This document shows positions 60,174-64,000 of a DNA stretch of 64,000 bases, piece by piece. Each line of letters opens with the position of its first letter. The stretch's first letter is position 1. The stretch comes from Phyllosticta citribraziliensis (taxonomy: Eukaryota): positions 62,001-126,000 of the forward strand of contig NW_027117340.1 in the NCBI RefSeq assembly GCF_038025025.1, in the 5' to 3' direction. Below the pieces are notes generated by a model. That model ran no database searches. It saw only the letters and a list, made by a program, of their open reading frames with translations, and was not told the origin of the DNA. Made by a program: the position numbers and the translations under genes.

Positions 60174-62024
60174 ATGGATTACTCGATGAAAGACGCCGGC
60201 GAGAGCGAGTATGCGGACGCTGACCTCCAGATGAAAGATGCCTCCGCTCCCTATTCGCGACAGCAGACGAATCGCAGACCGCTCAATCTAGGAGGGTCTC
60301 GGCTGGCAGTCAACCACGTCGGTGCCAACAACCAGGCAGCCGAGCGAGCTTACGCGGAAGACTTCAATGACTTTCTTCTAACATCTTCCAACAATCAATC
60401 GGCCGAGGACGAAGACATGGGAGATGTCGAGGCCCCGTTTTCGCCGCAGCCAACAAATCGCAGACCGACCAGGCTGGGAGACGGGCTGGAATTCAATCGC
60501 ATTGGCGCCAACAACCAGGCGGGCAGTCGAGCGTACAGGGAAGACTTCAATGCGTTCCCTCCAGCGCCTGACCGAAGAGCGCGCTTCACCCCCATCAACG
60601 CTGGAGCGGCGGGCCACCAGGACAGGGACAACGCCGTCTTCTCGCCCAATCCCGCCGTCAACGCCGATGAATGGGACAGCGTCGACTTCCGGACCAAGGA
60701 CAAGAATGCCACGATTCCAGTCATCAATCTCGTGACGCAGTACGACACGGCGCCGTCGCCGCTGAACTTCCATCAGGTCTTTGCCCGCGACGAGCCGCCG
60801 CAGCCGAAGCTCAACGACAAGATCGAAGAAGACTTCAACATCAAGGACGCCGTCTTCCTCGCGCAGGGCGGCGAAGGCAAGGTCTATCTGGCCCACCAGC
60901 ACCGAACCGGCAAGGTCCACGTCGTCAAATACATCAAGCACCACAAGTACCACGCCTCGCGACGGTTTCCCAATGAGATCGAGCGGCTCATAAGCATCGG
61001 GTTGGGCCCCAACGTCAAGCAGACGCACGACAACATCCTGAAGATCCTCCAGTGGTACCCGCCGGTCGACGCGTCGCCGGACTGCGCGTACGTCATGGAG
61101 TTTTGCCCGCTCGACGACCTCGAGAAGTTTACGTGGGCGCACTTCCACGGGTCGCCGAACGGCCACGCCCGCCCTCACGAGGCGCTGCTGCGGTCGCTGT
61201 ACATCGACCTGCTGCAGGGCCTCGAGTACCTGCACGCGACGACGACGGCAACGGGCCAGCAGAAGCCGTCCATCATCCACGGCGACATCAAGCCGCAAAA
61301 CATCCTGCTGACGGCCAACCACGCGCTGCCGGGGCACTGGGCGTACGCCGTGCCGACGGCCAAACTGGCCGACTTTGGCGGCGCGACGGCCAAGCCCGTC
61401 TTCAAGAACCCGCTGCCGTATCCCGACTTCAAGGCGCAGAACTGGCAGTACCGGAGCCTGCGGCAGCTGTACACGCAGAACTGGGCGGCGCCCGAGGCGC
61501 TGCCGAGCGACGGGTACTTTGGCGCCGACGACCTGTACGCGCGGCTGATGCCCAGCACCGACGTGTACAGCGTGGCGGCGAGCATCAACTTCGTGGTGAC
61601 GGCGTCGCCGGCCAAGAAGGGCGGCGGGTTCAAGGACATGAGCCTGTCGACCAACTACTTCAAGAAGCGCGAGTACTGGCACAAGGGCCGCGACAAGGGC
61701 AACGCGTGGTGGGAGCGCAACGTCGGCCTCGTCGCCGACAACGACATCTTGCCGCCCGATGCGCGCATGCCCGAGGGCACGAGCACGACGGAGAGGAGGC
61801 GGGCGTGGCCGGCGGCGCGCGCCAAGGGCATGACGACCGAGTTTTCGCTGCAGCCCAAGAAGGAGTATAGTTTGCTGTTTATGATGGCGTTGAAGAGGGG
61901 CTTTGAGCCGGATGTCGAGAAGAGGGCGGACGTGCAGACGTTGCTGGGCTGGTTGAAGGGCGGGTTTGACCAGTACATCCGCGAGTTGATCTACGGCGAG
62001 GGCACAGTCGGGATTGACGGTTGA
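60174..62024 (+). CDS. Intronless Ser/Thr protein kinase (non-RD, HGD) with duplicated N-terminal segment
   Basis: AQGGEGKV, VVK, HGDIKPQN, DFG, WAAPE, TDVYS. Confidence 0.88.
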   Translation: MDYSMKDAGESEYADADLQMKDASAPYSRQQTNRRPLNLGGSRLAVNHVGANNQAAERAYAEDFNDFLLTSSNNQSAEDEDMGDVEAPFSPQPTNRRPTRLGDGLEFNRIGANNQAGSRAYREDFNAFPPAPDRRARFTPINAGAAGHQDRDNAVFSPNPAVNADEWDSVDFRTKDKNATIPVINLVTQYDTAPSPLNFHQVFARDEPPQPKLNDKIEEDFNIKDAVFLAQGGEGKVYLAHQHRTGKVHVVKYIKHHKYHASRRFPNEIERLISIGLGPNVKQTHDNILKILQWYPPVDASPDCAYVMEFCPLDDLEKFTWAHFHGSPNGHARPHEALLRSLYIDLLQGLEYLHATTTATGQQKPSIIHGDIKPQNILLTANHALPGHWAYAVPTAKLADFGGATAKPVFKNPLPYPDFKAQNWQYRSLRQLYTQNWAAPEALPSDGYFGADDLYARLMPSTDVYSVAASINFVVTASPAKKGGGFKDMSLSTNYFKKREYWHKGRDKGNAWWERNVGLVADNDILPPDARMPEGTSTTERRRAWPAARAKGMTTEFSLQPKKEYSLLFMMALKRGFEPDVEKRADVQTLLGWLKGGFDQYIRELIYGEGTVGIDG

Positions 62025-63315
62025 GGTGGTGTGCGATGCGTGGTTCTTTGTTGTTGTTGGTCTTTTGTCGTTTGGATGCTTGCGTTGGCCGACTGGCTGC
62101 TTCTGGCAGCTCTTACCTTCTTTGTCTGCATAACTTTTGACAGCACGTCGCAATTGGTTCTATGTCAACAGAGTTCTTCTTGTTAGCGAGACGCCACCTT
62201 GGTCGGATACCGCTGACATGCCTTGCGCCCTGTTCTCATCGTCATCCTGGTCAAAATGTCACCACAAGTACGGATGCCAAAAGCTGTTCCCATCCACCAC
62301 CATCACTTGAAAGCCACCTGCCATCACATGCCACCATCACTCCGCAGTTTCTGGCCCAACAAGCAGCAGCCTGTCTATTCTGAACACATGGCACCAAAAT
62401 ATCCACGTGAAGCCGTTTCTGCAGCGATCTGGTTTCGCGGATCGCTCCCGTAGTTCAGTGTCCCTCAGTAAGTCGCCAGGCCCAAAATCACCGAGCTTTC
62501 TCTCCTCGCGATGGCCATGGTATCGTGCGCCACAGCACCGCCAAAGCGTCTCTTCACAAGTGAAGCGGCGTTTCGGCGACGAAAGCACCGCGATGCGAGA
62601 AGTGCGGTTCAGGGACACTGCTAAACCCTGGACGCGAGTGCAGTCCAGTCCAGTCCATCCCTTGCAGAACATGACTTCAGGGTCTTGTGGTACCGCTGCG
62701 CCAGTCTGCGACAATTCGGGGAAAAGGGGGGTGTTGAGGGAGTGTAAATTTGGTCGAAAGGGTCTCATGTCAGTGAAGCCGATTCCTTCAGGGGCACGGA
62801 TGGGAGGCAACGGGGCCTTACACGACGAGGGGAGGTAAGTAGTCTTGCCCATTGGGAGCATTCGTATACTCTAACAGGCGACTGGTGAGGAGCATTCGTA
62901 TGCTGTGACAGATGGCTGATAGGGAGCATTCAAGTGTCGAGCATCGTGATCGAGAGGTCGTGTATGCCACGGCTTTTGCTCCAACCCTCGTATCCTGGGT
63001 CAAAGAAGTGCAACCAGGGACCAGCAACGCCATTAAGGGCGTGATTCCCCGGTTGACTGTCTCCGGTTAAGGGGCCGTAGGGCAAGTTAACATGCCAATC
63101 GGCGGCACCGGAGTCTTGACTACCGACCAACACCTCAACCACAGACCGCGAAATCGTGACCACATATCGCGCATTGTACCACCTTTACTCTTGCATGTGG
63201 TCCGAGTCACTCAAGGTGGTTGAGGTTAGCTAAGTAGGCCAGTGCTCGTCGGAAGGGAGGGTATAAGGCTTGCGCTCCCGCCGCTCAGCTTCTCTCTACT
63301 TCATTTCTCGACATC

Positions 63316-63955
63316 TATCGCCATATCTTCCATCTTCCCCCGCCTTATCCGCCGCCTCCCATCTCTTTCTCTCTTTCTTGTCTCTCTCTCGTCTGTCTCT
63401 TTCCAGTCTCTGTCTTTCTTTCCAGTCCCTGTCTTTCTTTCCAGTCCCTGTCTTTCTTTCCAGTCCCTGTCTTTCTTTCCAGTCTGTCTCTTTCTTTCCA
63501 GTCGCCTGTATATCTTACCATATATCCCATCTACTGTTTCCCACCATCTTCACCATCTCGCGCCATCTCTGCCATCTCCTCCATTTCTTAACATTACCGC
63601 CATCTCACCGCAATCTACCCCCATATCTTCCATCTTCCCCCGCCTTATTCGCCTTCTCCCTAGTCTCTGTCTTTCTTTCCAGTCAGTCTCTTTCCAGTCG
63701 CCTGTATATCTTGCAATATATCCTATCTACTCTCCATTTCTCAATATTGCTGCCATCTACCCCCCCATCTACCGCCATCTCACCTCTCATCTTCCCCCGC
63801 CTTATTCGCCTTCTCCCTAGTCTCTGTCTTTCTTTCCAGTCAGTCTCTTTCCAGTCTCTTACAGTCGCCTGTATATCTTACAATATGTCCCATATGTCCC
63901 ATGTCAACGCCATCTATACCGCCATCTCGTCTCACATTCCCCCGCCTTATCCGCC
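63316..63955. repeat. Nested pyrimidine-rich tandem repeat array
   Basis: ~19-bp TCTTTCCAGTCCCTGTCTT-type units inside larger modules anchored by TTCCCCCGCCTTAT (near 63335, 63635, 63792, 63937). Confidence 0.85.
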
Positions 63956-64000
63956 ACCAGGTCGAGTCGCTGCCTGGCTAAACAAAGCACTGGGCGGGTG

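Noticed and set aside
60378..62153. 591-aa antisense ORF over the kinase (also 25652-26842 and 54812-55936 over other genes)
   Set aside because: Shadow ORFs expected from high GC3 codon usage on the opposite strand
63242..63820. 192-aa hydrophobic Ser/Leu/Phe ORF
   Set aside because: Translation of a pyrimidine-rich repeat with a GTG start

Overview
Eukaryotic DNA from a filamentous ascomycete (Pezizomycotina, plausibly a Dothideomycete; the lineage is inferred, not certain). It is GC-rich, with short GT-AG introns (mostly 42-60 nt) and microsatellite-rich intergenic DNA. About 23 protein-coding genes can be assembled by hand-splicing: a TesB-like thioesterase, Zn2Cys6 and C2H2 transcription factors, prenylcysteine oxidase, VPS4, prefoldin-6, a sulfotransferase-like P-loop protein, an A-T-R NRPS-like reductase, a PTH11-like receptor, GRIM-19/NDUFA13, TRM10, OXR1, a DszC-like monooxygenase, a SAM methyltransferase, a carboxylesterase, an amino-acid permease, an arylsulfotransferase, a delta-9 desaturase, a kinase and several orphans. 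There is also one intron-containing tRNA-Thr(AGT). Most unusual observations: (1) a 259-nt intron in the DszC-like gene whose ends carry 28-nt inverted repeats that would fold it to an effective 45 nt and loop out a cryptic stop-containing exon; (2) a perfect 56-bp tandem duplication over the NRPS-like start codon that creates an out-of-frame upstream ATG; (3) two small Cys/His proteins sharing an MC-x8-CxH...WCxxC pattern, flanking the thioesterase/TF pair; (4) a perfect 27x9-bp minisatellite and other nested repeats. All calls come from motif recognition by eye; no database searches were run.
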